Below are positions 40,276 through 52,230 of a stretch of 64,000 bases of DNA, in pieces; position 1 is the stretch's first letter, and every line of letters begins with the position of its first letter. Under the pieces are notes generated by a model. It saw only the letters and a list, made by a program, of their open reading frames with translations. It had not been told where the DNA came from and ran no database searches. The DNA comes from Octopus sinensis (Eukaryota), in assembly GCF_006345805.1 (NCBI RefSeq), contig NC_042997.1, positions 90,892,001-90,956,000 on the forward strand, written 5' to 3'. The position numbers were made by a program, and so were the translations under genes.

Positions 40276-40850
40276 TCCTGATGCAGTACCAAGCAGTAGC
40301 TCTCATGGCTTTTGATCTTAACTGATTGGAAGTGTTATTATGTATATATTTTATCTTGGTATAAAAGATGCGCTACAGCAAATATTCTGCTCAATACCAC
40401 AGATTTGCTTGTCAGTTGTTTAACTTAACTAGTTGAGCACATCCCTTAATGGCTGATGATATGTGCATCTCTGGTCACGAGCAGAAGTAGTGGGGGAGCA
40501 TCATAGCTATGTGTTGAGATGAATTCTTTGGAGTTTGAATAATTCACCTTTGGAAACCTGGATGTTTCGTTCATCATCCTTAAAGAAACCTTATTCAAAG
40601 ACCTTTTGAGTGGGATGAGCTACTCAACCTGAAAAAAAAATTCTTACTGGACCTCACCTGCCAGGTCATGTACTGTTTATCTTGATGTGAGATCACTATG
40701 TCATGCACATAAGGTTGTGGTGCATGTGCCTGCTGTACCCTTATCAGACGGGTAGTCATGATGGGCATATTGGGCTTCATAAATTTGTATCCCAGTGTCA
40801 CTTTGATGGCATGTCCTGCTCTGTCACTCAATAACAATAATAATAATAAA
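40240..40850. mobile_element. ~560-bp non-coding element bounded by (AAT)n on both sides
   Basis: (AAT)n at 40240-40274 and 40830-40850; internal ~170 bp shared in reverse orientation with ~22960-23125. Confidence 0.6.
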
Positions 40851-40903
40851 CATTCCATTTCCTCATCATTATCAATATATTGTTTGTTTTACTTACTTTT
40901 CAG

Positions 40904-40999
40904 AGGGAATCAGACTGACCAGACAGATTATAACCAGTTACAGACCACTCCAAGTTTTCAAAAACATGTTGCCAAAAAACTTTCACAGATCTTAGATCA
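40904..40999 (+). CDS. CUSTOS: CUSTOS homologue, conserved exon (GNQTDQTDYNQLQTTPSFQKHVAKKLSQILD)
   Basis: TTTTCAG acceptor, GTGAGT donor, 96 nt; matches the CUSTOS signature [22 protein letters not shown]. Confidence 0.9.
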
Positions 41000-41654
41000 G
41001 TGAGTTATCAAAATTATTTTTTTTGAGGAATATTTAATAGAATTATTGCAAATACATTTTGTTTTTTGTAATTTACAGAATCAAGTGATGTTTTTTTTTT
41101 ACTGTTTTATATCCACTTTTTTTCCTTTGCATGTTTGGAAATGTTTTTTTGTTGTATTTTTTGCTGGTAAAATTCTTGCTGGAAACCAATGCAAAGTAGG
41201 AATGGAACTTGATTCAAATTAGCCTGGAAAATGGGAGCAAGCAGAATTAGGTCTTAACCTTAGTCCTTGTGCTTCATCTTATGCTCCTTGTAGGGGATAA
41301 ACAGAATTTAAATGTTGATTTCTCCTTGTATATCAACTAAGGTTGGGTTTGGATCAGTTATGATTGCACATAATAAATTAATTTAGGATATTTAGAGTCT
41401 GCCATCAAATATTCCTTCTTCTGGGAGATAGTCATGTTTCTCACTGAAACAACATTACCATATACAGCACCAACACAACACTTGAGATCACACAGTTGGT
41501 TATATCAATGAATTTCATTTCTTTCAGTTGTTTGGTTCTAGATTTATTGCTAAATGTCTTTCATATTTCATAAGTCTGTCATGTAACATCAGATCTAGAG
41601 AGATTGTCTTAGACCTCTTATTTTAAGGTGGCAAACATCCTAAATGTATTGGCA

Positions 41655-41812
41655 CAGGAGTGGCTGTGTGGTAAGTAGCTTACTTACAAACCACATGGTT
41701 CCAGGTTCAGTCCCACTGCATGGCACCTTGGGCAAGTGTCTTCTACTATAGCCTCGAGCCGACCAAAGCCTTGTGAGTGGATTTGGTAGACGGAAACTGA
41801 AAGAAGCCCGTC

Positions 41813-41862
<50 letters not shown>

Positions 41863-42083
41863 GTGTGTGTATGTCTGTGTGTCTGTGTTTGTCCCCCCAA
41901 CATCGCTTGACAACTGATGCTTGTATGTTTATGTCCCTGTAACTTAGCGGTTCAGCAACAGAGACAGATAGAATAAGTACTAGGCTTACAAAGAATAAGT
42001 CCTGGGGTCGATTTGCTTGATTAAAAGGCGGTGCTCCAGCATGGCTGCAGTCAAATGACTGAAACAAGTGAAAGAGTAAAAGA
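41655..42083 (+). mobile_element. Full-length young SINE family A (intronic)
   Basis: Complete head, core, microsatellite and tail. Confidence 0.9.
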
Positions 42084-42374
42084 GCAGCTTTTATAGATTG
42101 ACTGAGAAGTGACAGAAATGGATAGGCCGAAAAGGAAATGATTGTTTTTCCGCACAACAATTTAGCGGCATCTATATGATCAATGACACAGAGTTAGATA
42201 TACTGAATTGTTTGAATCACATTTGAATATTTCTTAACTGCAAGCATGTAGATGAAGGCAGTCATCCAGTGCACAGATTACTAGTGGAATAGTATCTTAT
42301 TCACTTGACCATTGTGAGGGCTATGTGTTTGTTTATCTGTATTTATTTGTATGTATTTGTGAGTATTTTTTTAT

Positions 42375-42795
42375 TCTTTTACTTGTTTCAGTCATTTGAC
42401 TGCAGCCATGCTGGAGCACCATCTTTAATCGAGCAAATCAACCCTATAACTTATTGTTTGTAATCCTAGTACTTATTCTATCAGTCTCTTTTGCCAAACC
42501 GTTAAGTTACGAGGACGTAAACACACCACCATCGGTTGTCAAGCAATGTTGGGAAGATAAACATAGACACACGGACATACACACACATGCACACACACAC
42601 GCGCGCACACACACGCACACACACACACACACATATATGACAGGCTTCTTTCAATTTCTGTCTACCAAATCCACTCACAAGGCTTTGGTTGGCCTGAAGC
42701 TATAGTAGAAGATACTTGCCCAAGGTGCCACGCAATGGAACTGAACCCAAAACCATGTGGTTGGTAAGCAAGCTACTTACCAGCCACTTCTGTGC
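42375..42795 (-). mobile_element. Full-length SINE family A (intronic, inverted relative to 41655-42083)
   Basis: Reverse-complement similarity over ~420 bp. Confidence 0.9.
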
Positions 42796-42796
42796 C

Positions 42797-42846
<50 letters not shown>

Positions 42847-42850
<4 letters not shown>

Positions 42851-43040
42851 TAACCCAAACAAGAAAACACAAAAAAAACAAAAAACACAACGCGAGGACA
42901 TGGAACAAATAAAGTATTATTGGACGCTCAGGAAAGAAGGGAAGAAGGAGGGTTTAATGTTTCGAGTGGAGCTCTTCGTCGGAAACATAGGAGAAGGGAA
43001 GACAGAGGAAAAAAATCGCCAGCGGTACTCACGAGGTCAC
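42847..43040 (-). mobile_element. Penelope-like pLTR fragment with degenerate minimal hammerhead
   Basis: Between (TA)n blocks; minus strand GTTT-CCGACGA-AGAGCTCCACTC-GAAA-CATTA-AAC. Confidence 0.6.
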
Positions 43041-43552
43041 ATATATATATATATAATATATATATATATATATCACTCTGCCTTTCCCTCTTGTCTTTGT
43101 TTAGTAGGAAAGTTTTCATTTGTCCTTGTGTTACTCCTCATTTGTCTGTCTTCTAGCCCATGGCTTTTATATTGTCACATCTGTATTATTTTTTTGTTGT
43201 TGTCTTTGCCTGGCCCTAAGGCCATATTCTACTTATGCATTTTGCATTTTTGTGTCTCATCTGGAATTACATTTTTTGTATGTTCATTTCTGTATTCCTT
43301 GTTCATCCTTGTTTGTCTGTCTTGCTTTGTTATGCTTTGATTGCATTCCCAGCAAGTTTTCTTGATGGTTGCCTCCAGGGTGGATGTAATTTTGATAATG
43401 GCATGAAATTGCACTCGACACCTTGCCCGATAACTGATGAGGAATAGGTGACCAGTATTCCTTCTCCATTCATCTGTGCATTCAGTGCATTTAGTATGTC
43501 TTTCCATCCATTTGTTTATTACTATACGTGTTTGACTTCTGAAAATAAATAA

Positions 43553-43589
<37 letters not shown>

Positions 43590-44268
43590 TAATGATGCAA
43601 ATAAATGAATACAACTACTTAGGTTAGATATACAAAATATATATACATGTATACAGAGAAGAGCAAAGACTGAAAATTTTCAGATGATGAATATTCAAGT
43701 ATAAATGTATGGATATTTATATCTTAACAGAGCAACCTTACACAGAGTACAAAGATACAGAAGATTAAAGGGAAGAGGTATGGTGTTACAAGTCCGACAG
43801 CTATTTTATCTCCCTACCCTGAAGACAGAAGCTGGATTTATCCAATGTTTATTTGATTCCATTACTGGATGCATATTTTTGTGAACTAATCTGCCAACAT
43901 TATGAACTCCGAGCTCCCAGAAACAGCTGTCGGATTTCTAACACCATACCTCATCCCTTTAATTTTCTGTGCCTCTGTATCCTGTGCATGTTTGCTCTGT
44001 TAATATATAAATTTATATTAATATACTTGAATATTCATTGTCTGAAAATTTTCAATCTTAGCTTTTTTACATGTAAACGTATTTTGTGTATCAAACCCAA
44101 ACAGTTTTATTTGTTTATTCACATAATTGTCTCCATAGCTGCTCACCTGGATTCCTCTTATAGCCACCTTTTACCCCATGGTCCTCAGTAAAGATTTCAG
44201 AGTGCAGGTTCAAATCACTTGAGCGCTATTAAGTGTTTTCCGTATTGAGAATCTCTGGATCTCATCTG

Positions 44269-44312
<44 letters not shown>

Positions 44313-44319
44313 CTCTCTC

Positions 44320-44412
<93 letters not shown>

Positions 44413-45534
44413 ATAATTATGCATAAGTGAAAGAGGGAGATAAAAAAGGTGTAACTTTGTTGTTAGAGCTTGTGATTAGTACAGAATTTACCCTTTAAAG
44501 CAAACAAGGTAAGATAACTTACCTGCAGTTGGATTTGTTGCGAAGAATAAATATCTATCAACTTTGTTTGGACCAATGGCCAAATCTTCCAGCTTTACTT
44601 GTCTTTTAATAGTCATGGATAAATACTTGCATTATCCCTTTGCTTTTATGTGTAAGGAAATATCTAGAGATATTTGTTCCAAGCAGGAAATTATGCAGAA
44701 GAAACAGCACAGGCCTCACATGACCCATTGATGTTAAGTTTATCGACTTAATCTATTGCCCAGTTTAACACAATAACCTTGGCCTAAGAATGTCTTCAGC
44801 AGAATACATTCTATTGCAAGCATTTCAGCCAAGACTCTGTTCTGATGGTAACTTCCTGTTTCCTTCCACCAGTATCAGAGGCTCTGAAAATGGTCATGTA
44901 CACTACTGTCCTACCTCCTCTGAACCATTAAAAAAAGGATGTATGCTAAGACTGTCAGTTATGATATTTTTTTTTCGGTTTGATAATTTTTAACATTTGT
45001 ACACATTCTCTCATCAGGGAACTAGAATTTTCTGAATGCTATTCTGCACCTGATGACCTTCATACCCTCAGTGACTCAGGTAATTTCAACTTTCAATAAT
45101 TTTTCTCTGATATTTTGCTTGATCTTATCCATTTATTACTGATATAGATTCATTTGTTTCTTCTCTGTTACATACAGAAATAATACTCTTATCTCTAATA
45201 CATTTGCTACATGTGTGTGTAATATAATTAGTCTCTGAAACACTTGGGTTTCAAACAGCCTCTTAGTAAATGAACTGTAATGGTTTTAAGATTTCTTAAC
45301 TTCATTTTGTTACAAATTGTGATAGATTGTATAACAGTTATGGAATCACTGGGACAAAATGCTGAAGTGAGCCACATTCAGTGTAGTCTGTTGTAGCTAG
45401 ATGCTGAAGATGTGACAGTTGAAAGTTTCATTCAATCTTAAGAACATGCAGACTTGAGTTAGTTAAGAAATTTGTATAATGTAGAAGGAAGTGATACAGA
45501 AGTGGATGAAAATAGGAAATACAGGACTGTACGT

Positions 45535-45917
45535 TTTTACTTGTTTCAGTCATTTGACTGCAGCCATGCTGGAGCACCGCCTTTAGTCAAGGAAATCGAC
45601 CCCAGGACTTATTCTTTGTAAGCTTAGTACTTATTCTATCAGTTTCTTTTTGCTGAACCATTAAGTTACAGGGACATAAACTCACCAGCATCGGTTGTCA
45701 AGCAATGTTGTGGGGGACAAACACAGACACACATATATATATACATATACATATATACAATGGGCTTTTTTCAGTTTTCGTCTACCAAATCCACTCTCAA
45801 GATTTTGGTCAGCCCGAGGCTATAGTAGAAGACACTTGCCCAAGGGGCCACACAGTGGGAATGAACCTGGAACCATGTGGTTGGTAAGCAAGCAACTTAC
45901 CACACAGCCACTCCTGC
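45535..45917 (-). mobile_element. SINE family A (intronic)
   Basis: Full-length reverse copy. Confidence 0.88.
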
Positions 45918-46488
45918 ACCTATATGATGGATTAGAAACATAACATAGCCTTTGTGATTTCAATGCCAAAACAGGATATACAGAAATAAGTGTTTACTAT
46001 TCTCAAAGACTACAAGCATACTCACATCTTTCTGTCAAGTATAAAATCACCTTTCACAACAAATTCCTTTATCAACATGACTGATCTTGCTAAAAACCAA
46101 AATGTAAGCAAGAGGAAGACAGCAAGGGCTGTGAAAATGACTTTGCTATAAAGTCATATATTCACAGGAAATGATGCATTCTCACAGCCTGCTCTAAAGT
46201 TATTGGAGTTGAGAGAGACCCAGAGTTTCTCAACTGACTGAAGTACATGTGAGGGAGAGTGAGAATTTTTCTAAACAAGTAGAAATTAGTAGTTGACAAA
46301 TTTTTACCCAACTTGTATTCTTAACTACGTTGATTGCAACTTTCATACTAAACTCTCTTGCTCTTCTCTTGTATAGACACACTAGAAAAGATACTGATTA
46401 CACTAAAAAAGTATTTTTATGAATCCATATCAATAAATGTAAATATATTCTAATTTCACATGTCATAATTTTTTTTTCATTTTCTCAG

Positions 46489-46606
46489 GGATTAAATTGT
46501 TATCCACATCAAAAGACTATGTCAACCTGAATGAAGCAATTTCTGTGAAAAAACGTCCACTCAAAAAATCCCATGACAGAAGTAGCAGCAGTAATACTGA
46601 CAGCAG
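46489..46606 (+). CDS. CUSTOS: CUSTOS homologue, penultimate exon (GIKLLSTS..KKRPLKK..SSSSNTDSS)
   Basis: Poly-T/CAG acceptor, CAG|GTAT donor, phase 1 to 2; cf. GFRLFFTS..RKRQPSSSS. Confidence 0.85.
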
Positions 46607-47029
46607 GTATCTGTATCATTGTTCTACATCTTCTTCAGATAGAATATTATAGTATATTTAATAAAGTCATCAAGGATGGCAGAGTAGGCAGAGAAACTAC
46701 ACGAAAGACTTTACAAAATCTAGTTTACTATCGCACAATTTTGAGTCAGTAGAATGTAGTAGATTAAAATAATTATCTCATTTTAAAATTTACATAATTT
46801 AATGTCCACCTTTTGATGCTTGCATGGGTCAGACAGAATTTGATGAGGCAGAATTTCTGTAGTCAAATGCCCTTTCTGTCATCAATCCCCACCAGTTTCC
46901 AAGCATGGTAACATTTCCTTTGGTCAGATATGCTTTTCATAGAAGACAGGAAAGGAGCAATATGCTCATTTGCAACTGTCGATTAATGTCAAGACAAGAG
47001 TACACACAACATACATACATACATACATA

Positions 47030-47063
<34 letters not shown>

Positions 47064-47102
47064 TTTTCCTGTTATGTATATATTTTATTATTTGATTTCT
47101 AG

Positions 47103-47298
47103 TGATGAAGATGCCAAATTTGCAGAAGCTGCCATATCATATGATGCTATCAAACTGAAGGATCAACTTCTGTCAGCATTTGATGCATCAATACAAAAAG
47201 CTGGAGAATCACTACCAAAAGTGGAGGACAATACTTGCAATGATTCCAAAACAAAACAAAAGAAAAAGAAAAAGAAAGTGAAAAAGGGGAAAGACTGA
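47103..47298 (+). CDS. CUSTOS: CUSTOS homologue, last coding exon (DEDAKFAEAAIS..KKKKKKVKKGKD*)
   Basis: TTTCTAG acceptor in frame with the previous exon; EAA(V/I)S motif and Lys-rich C-terminus; stop at 47296-47298. Confidence 0.88.
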
Positions 47299-47413
47299 CA
47301 GAAAATATTGCCATGCTGAAATCCACAATGGTGTAAGATGTTTATATACTTGAACAATCTGCAATAATTTCTAATGTGATATTTTTATACATCTATGTAC
47401 AATGTCAAAGAGG

Positions 47414-47419
47414 AATAAA
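47414..47419 (+). terminator. Probable polyadenylation signal of CUSTOS
   Basis: AATAAA ~115 nt after the stop codon; a second one at 47581. Confidence 0.5.
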
Positions 47420-48406
47420 ATTCCCAACATTTACACACAAAATTGTTATTATGAAGTTGGTAATAGGGAGGTAAAGCATCGGTAAGCTGCCTTGTCGTTT
47501 TCAATCATGTCAGTTTATGTTCTGAGTACAAATTTTGTCAGGGTAGGACTATTACCCAATTTGAAGTTTTTTTCAATTGCAATAAAACAGTGTTTTCTCT
47601 ACCTTTGGTATTCAAGTACTATTTTCTCCACCTTGTTTTGTACCCGTGTGCTCATTTATGTATGTGTATGTGTATTGTATATATACATATATACTCACAC
47701 ACAATATAAATACAATGTGAACAATATATTTATGCATATATCATTCAACTACAGTTCTTAATGTAGTTTTTTTGTTGCAGTCGGCGTCTTCCAAGCAGTC
47801 TCACTAATTCAGTTTTAATCGAAATCAAATTTAGTTTTTTGAATTATGCTTGACTAGTGATAAGCTACATTTAGACATAAAATACTTAAAATCTGGTGCT
47901 GTTGAACAAAAGTTAAGAGAGAAAACGTATAGCCCAAATTGGTTGACTGGCGGGTAGTAACGCCCGACATCGACACTTTGAATCCACATCATTCTTTTAA
48001 TTTTGAGTAAGAATTATTATATTGATATTAATATGAAAGAGAAACGTTAAAGGAATATATTGGTAAAGGTTTCGTAAAATTTTATCCATTAGAAAAAAGG
48101 GTATTTAATTTTAATTCTCAAATTTTAATCAATTTTTGCGTGATATTAAAGGGACACTACTTATATATGAAACTAACCTATTTCTTAGACGCACACACAA
48201 CAGAAGATAAAAGAACACAAATCGATACAAAGAGTTCTAATATTTATTTTCATTAGTCTAAATTATTTTTTATAAAAAATGAAATTATTTTTAATAAAAA
48301 ATGAAATTTTTTTCGTAACTTTTTTGGAGTATGGCTTTTTAAAGTCCATTATTGAATAAATTATTTTAATAACAAGATTATTTAATAAAATATTTTTTTA
48401 AAATTA

Positions 48407-48464
48407 TTTTGTCTCTATGGACAGTACTGAATCATGTAGTAGGGCTGTTCAGAAAAGGCAAATG
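48407..48464 (+). repeat. 58-bp hairpin-forming direct repeat, copy 1
   Basis: 52/58 identical to 51831-51888. Confidence 0.9.
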
Positions 48465-51400
48465 ACAAAAATTCAAATATTTTAACACTCAATTTTCACT
48501 ATTTTAAAATTTTGAAACACGGAGTTAATTATTTGTATGTTAAAAATGACTTTATTTATTAATTTGATAGTAAATATAATATGATTAAATTTTTTATTGC
48601 CTTCACAGTGTTTACTGTTTTATAAAATCAAACTTGAAAACTGGACAAAACAGAGACACAATTGAAAAAAATTAAAAAGAAAAAAAAGAAAGAAGAAAGA
48701 GAAAAAAGGGGAAAAAAAACCCAAAAAACAACAACAAAACAATTCACCACCTTGGGTTAAAAAGTTGGGGGTGATGGGAAACCTTTCTAATGGCTATTGA
48801 GACACACCAGAATTTTTGCAGTGTTATCACGTTTGATGGTAGGGCTGATGCGCTGGGGATGTTTGCCCAGTCCAAGCTCCTCTTAAGTATCAGGTTCAGC
48901 TCCGTATGACACATGAAGCAACCAGCATTCAGGTGGCAAGAAAGGCCATGGAGGCTTGTGAAGTCGAGGAGCTGTCACAATGACAAAATCAAACCCATGC
49001 AAATGTCAGCTCTCACTCTGAGGGCAATGGAGACATGAAGTTTGTCAAAGCTGAGTAGGCCACCAACATTAGCCACAGGGATGGCATCAATCCAGCCACC
49101 TGAGTATTTGGCGCTAGCAGACAGTAAGTGGTAGCTTGAAAACTGGTCCAACTGGATGAAGAGGGAGTTGAAGGTGGCCTTCGAAATTATGTTGTCCCAA
49201 GCTATCTGACACCAACGGTCCTCCACCTTCTCAGGAGCAGATAAACCCAATTCCCTCCAGTGTTGGAGAGCTTCATCCAACTCCTTGTTAGAACTGGTCC
49301 ATGTTGGAGAGGAGAGGATGTTGCCCACCAGGGTGGAGAAGGCGTGGGTGGAGGAAAGGAAGCAGGGGAGGGAGACGGACGAACACTTACCAAGACCAAG
49401 ACCTCCAAATCACTTGGGCAATGCAGCCTGATCGCAGAACGTTGGAAAGAGTCCGACATTGTCTAAGCATTTGAATCTCTCAAAGATTTGGTTGTCGAAG
49501 TGTTGGAGGTACGATAGGAATCGGTAAGATGAGCTGACTCTGAGTAAATACAGGAAGCTTAGTGATCAAGAGGTAATTCCTAGGTATGAAAAAACCTTGA
49601 TGGGGTTCGATAGCTTCAATATTTTTCAGCAATTGCTCAAGGGCAGCCACCTTCAACTGGAAGATGGACTCAAAAGCAAGGTCAGTGACTGGGGCACCTT
49701 GAGAGTACCAAGCTGATGGGGGAGGGACTGCGATGGAAGGGAAGGACTCTGCATAAAGGCTAATAGTTGGTTGATGTTGAGACGTCAGGTGGTTGAGGAT
49801 CCAGAGCTCACATTTGGAGCTGTTTACTTGGAGATCTCAGCAACCAAACTCCCCAACCATCATGTTTGCAATGGTGAGAACCCAGTCCAGAAGTCCTGCC
49901 AAACAAGCATTGTTGAGATAGCAGATGTTGAGGTCTAACTCAATGCTCATTTTGGTGATGTCATCAATGCTCAGAGCAGACTTGAGTGGGTCGCTCTGTT
50001 GGACTCCTGAGGTGGAGGTGACGATTTGGTCAGCGAAAGAGAGATAGGAGGGCTCCTAATAAGCCTGCCATGCAAGGCAGTAGAGTTGTGGGACTCTCTC
50101 TCTTACTGAGCTGAGGAGAGCATCACGGCTGATGGAATTGAAGGCATTCTTAAGGTCAAGTTTGAGGATGACCTTGGATGACAAGGAGAGCAAGTTGGCA
50201 TAGGCTCTGGTAGCGTAGGCAGCAGTTTCACATCCCAATTTAGTGCCCACTCCTAGCTGGGTGGGGGAAAATCCCTCCTCCAATAAGCTAGAGACTGATT
50301 GTAAGCACACCTTTGCAGTGAGATGGCGAAGGGTGCAGCCAACTGCAATGGGGCACAGGTCTCCATTGGAGTTGGTGAACCCAAATAATTTTGCACTGAA
50401 GAATAATGGGCAGATATAAGGGAGGACGTTTGCTGAAGAGAACTGGTTCGGAAATTGAGTCAAATTCTACAAGAGCTCAAGTCTGGCGTTACCGGCCGGT
50501 AAGGAGATACTGTCTTTGAAGTGTTGAAGCTGAAGGCCATCAATTCCCGCACCTGAACCAGCAGGGAAGGATGAGATCGCCTTTCTGATGTTATCAGAGG
50601 TGAAGACCACTCTCGAGTATTCAGGGGGATCAAGTCAGTTTAGTTGATTATCAGAGGGTGCCGATGAGTGCTTCTCTTTCAAACGTCTAAGATACTCAGA
50701 GTCACACAGAGCCAGGGAGGAGATGGACAACACCTTTTATATCAAATTGACTGTGCACTTAAGGTTTATCAGTTGCCTATCGCTAGGCACTGTGCTTGAT
50801 GTCAAATTGAGGTGAGAAGTGGTCAGAGTGGACTCAAATAGCTGGAACTGCCACTTGAGTGAGGATGTAAAGGGGCTTGACTTCACATCGTGCATGTGGA
50901 GAGAGATGCGGAGGAACAGAAGCAGTTTCTGCCAGTCGGACACATTGATGGATAAACACATTTTTCAACAAGCTGGAGAGCACATGAGCAAAGTTATTCT
51001 GATCTCCCGTAGGGATCTTGTTAATGATCTTCGATTTAGATAAACCCTGGAGGGCTGCAGCAAAGTCCTCAGTAGAAATCTGGTTGTTGAAGTGTGAGGC
51101 ATCTTCACGGAGTGTGTTGGAGCTGAAGTAGCACTGACTGTGAGTCTAGTATGGAATACTTTTGGTTTGTGCCTTGGTGATGTGGACACAACTCCTGTGG
51201 TAATTCTGGGGACACAAGTGACAATTAATTGTCTTTAAGTAACGGCTAGTGCAAGCACAGTCAGGTGGTGAGCTAGCATCAGCTGAGAGTGGAGGGCTAG
51301 CTTTGGAACTCAACCAAGGGAGTGCAGCATTGGTTCCGAAGGTGGGACTAGAATAGAGGTTGGGTGGTGTGGGGGAGGGTTAGAAGTTGTAGGAGTGGTG

Positions 51401-51830
51401 GGGTTGGCAGGGTTAATTCCATTTCCATTGGTGGGGCTGGAACAAAGGCCAGGTGAAAGTTGTAGGAGTGATGGGGTTGGTAGGGTTAATTCCGTTCAGA
51501 ACCCATGATGGAGCGAGGTTAACTTCTCTCAAGTGTACTGAAATTGGTGGAGAATGAGAGGTCAGAGGTTGATCTATTGTCACACAGTCGCTCCACCAGG
51601 CAGGTCTCTTGGTTGTTCAATGCATGCCTCCGCCACCAAGAATGGATGGGTTAAAGTGGTGGCAACCCTACCAATCGTCAGTCATTGACGATTGGGAGAT
51701 AAAGAGCAATGAATATACAAGAATGGTGGTGATGGAAAGAGGGAGAGAAGAAAAGACAAGAAAAGTGACAAAACTTTACAGAGCGCTATCAAAAAAGTTT
51801 AAAGAGTCATGCACATGCGACTATCTGTGG
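48465..51830 (-). mobile_element. Decayed near-full-length CRE-clade non-LTR retrotransposon
   Basis: SFPAGSGAGIDGL..HFKD; PIAVGCTLRHLTAK; PTQLGVG; KLDLKNAFNSISR; GVQQSDPL; YLNN (cf. YLDD); HCPSDLEVL/GGLG region; SGGWIDAIP..IALRV; C-terminal QRISPTIKRDNTA (cf. QRISIAIQRGNA). Pro/Thr-rich N-terminus; many frameshifts. Confidence 0.85.
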
Positions 51831-51888
51831 TTTTGTCTCTATGAGCAGTACTGAAGTCTGTAGTAGGGCTGTTCAGAAAAGGTAAATG
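51831..51888 (+). repeat. 58-bp hairpin-forming direct repeat, copy 2 (third diverged copy 51995-52051)
   Basis: TTTTGTCTCTATG..CTGTTCAGAAAAGGYAAATG. Confidence 0.9.
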
Positions 51889-52230
51889 CTACTTGTAATT
51901 ATATTCTATTCAATAAAATCATTTTATTAAATTTGTCTCCTCATTATTTTTTTCCATTATTTAAAAAAATTCTTTAAATATATTCATTTGTAACTTTGTC
52001 TCTGTACAGCACCAAAATTACAGTACCTACATTATGTCCAGAAAAGGCAAAGTTGCAATGATTATCATTCGTTTTTAGTTTAATTTCTAAATGAGAATTA
52101 GTCAAATTTTAAAAAATCAAAATTTTGTTTGAATTTTCTTGGAAATTTTGGAATTCAAAATGACAGCAAAAAATTGTAATTTCATATATTTTTAATTAAA
52201 ATTTGACTGCAATGCCTGTAAAAACACTGG

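Noticed and set aside
41640-43600. Many 60-180 aa ORFs (and similar ones across the window) as genes
   Set aside because: They are translations of SINEs and (TA)n/(CA)n/(CT)n microsatellites (YIYI, HTHT, SLSL repeats).
46607-46615. U12-type intron donor (GTATCT)
   Set aside because: Does not match GTATCCTT, and no U12 branch site is visible before 47102.
48407-48464. SECIS, U2 snRNA (TGTAGTA..CTGTTC) or box C/D identity for the hairpin repeat
   Set aside because: The ATGA/GA quartet geometry does not fit and copy 1 has ATGG; similarity to U2 is limited to ~13 nt; no RTGATGA box.
48407-52051. CRISPR-like array or true LTRs
   Set aside because: Only three irregularly spaced copies in a eukaryotic context, no cas genes, no TG..CA ends, PBS or PPT; the enclosed RT is non-LTR type.
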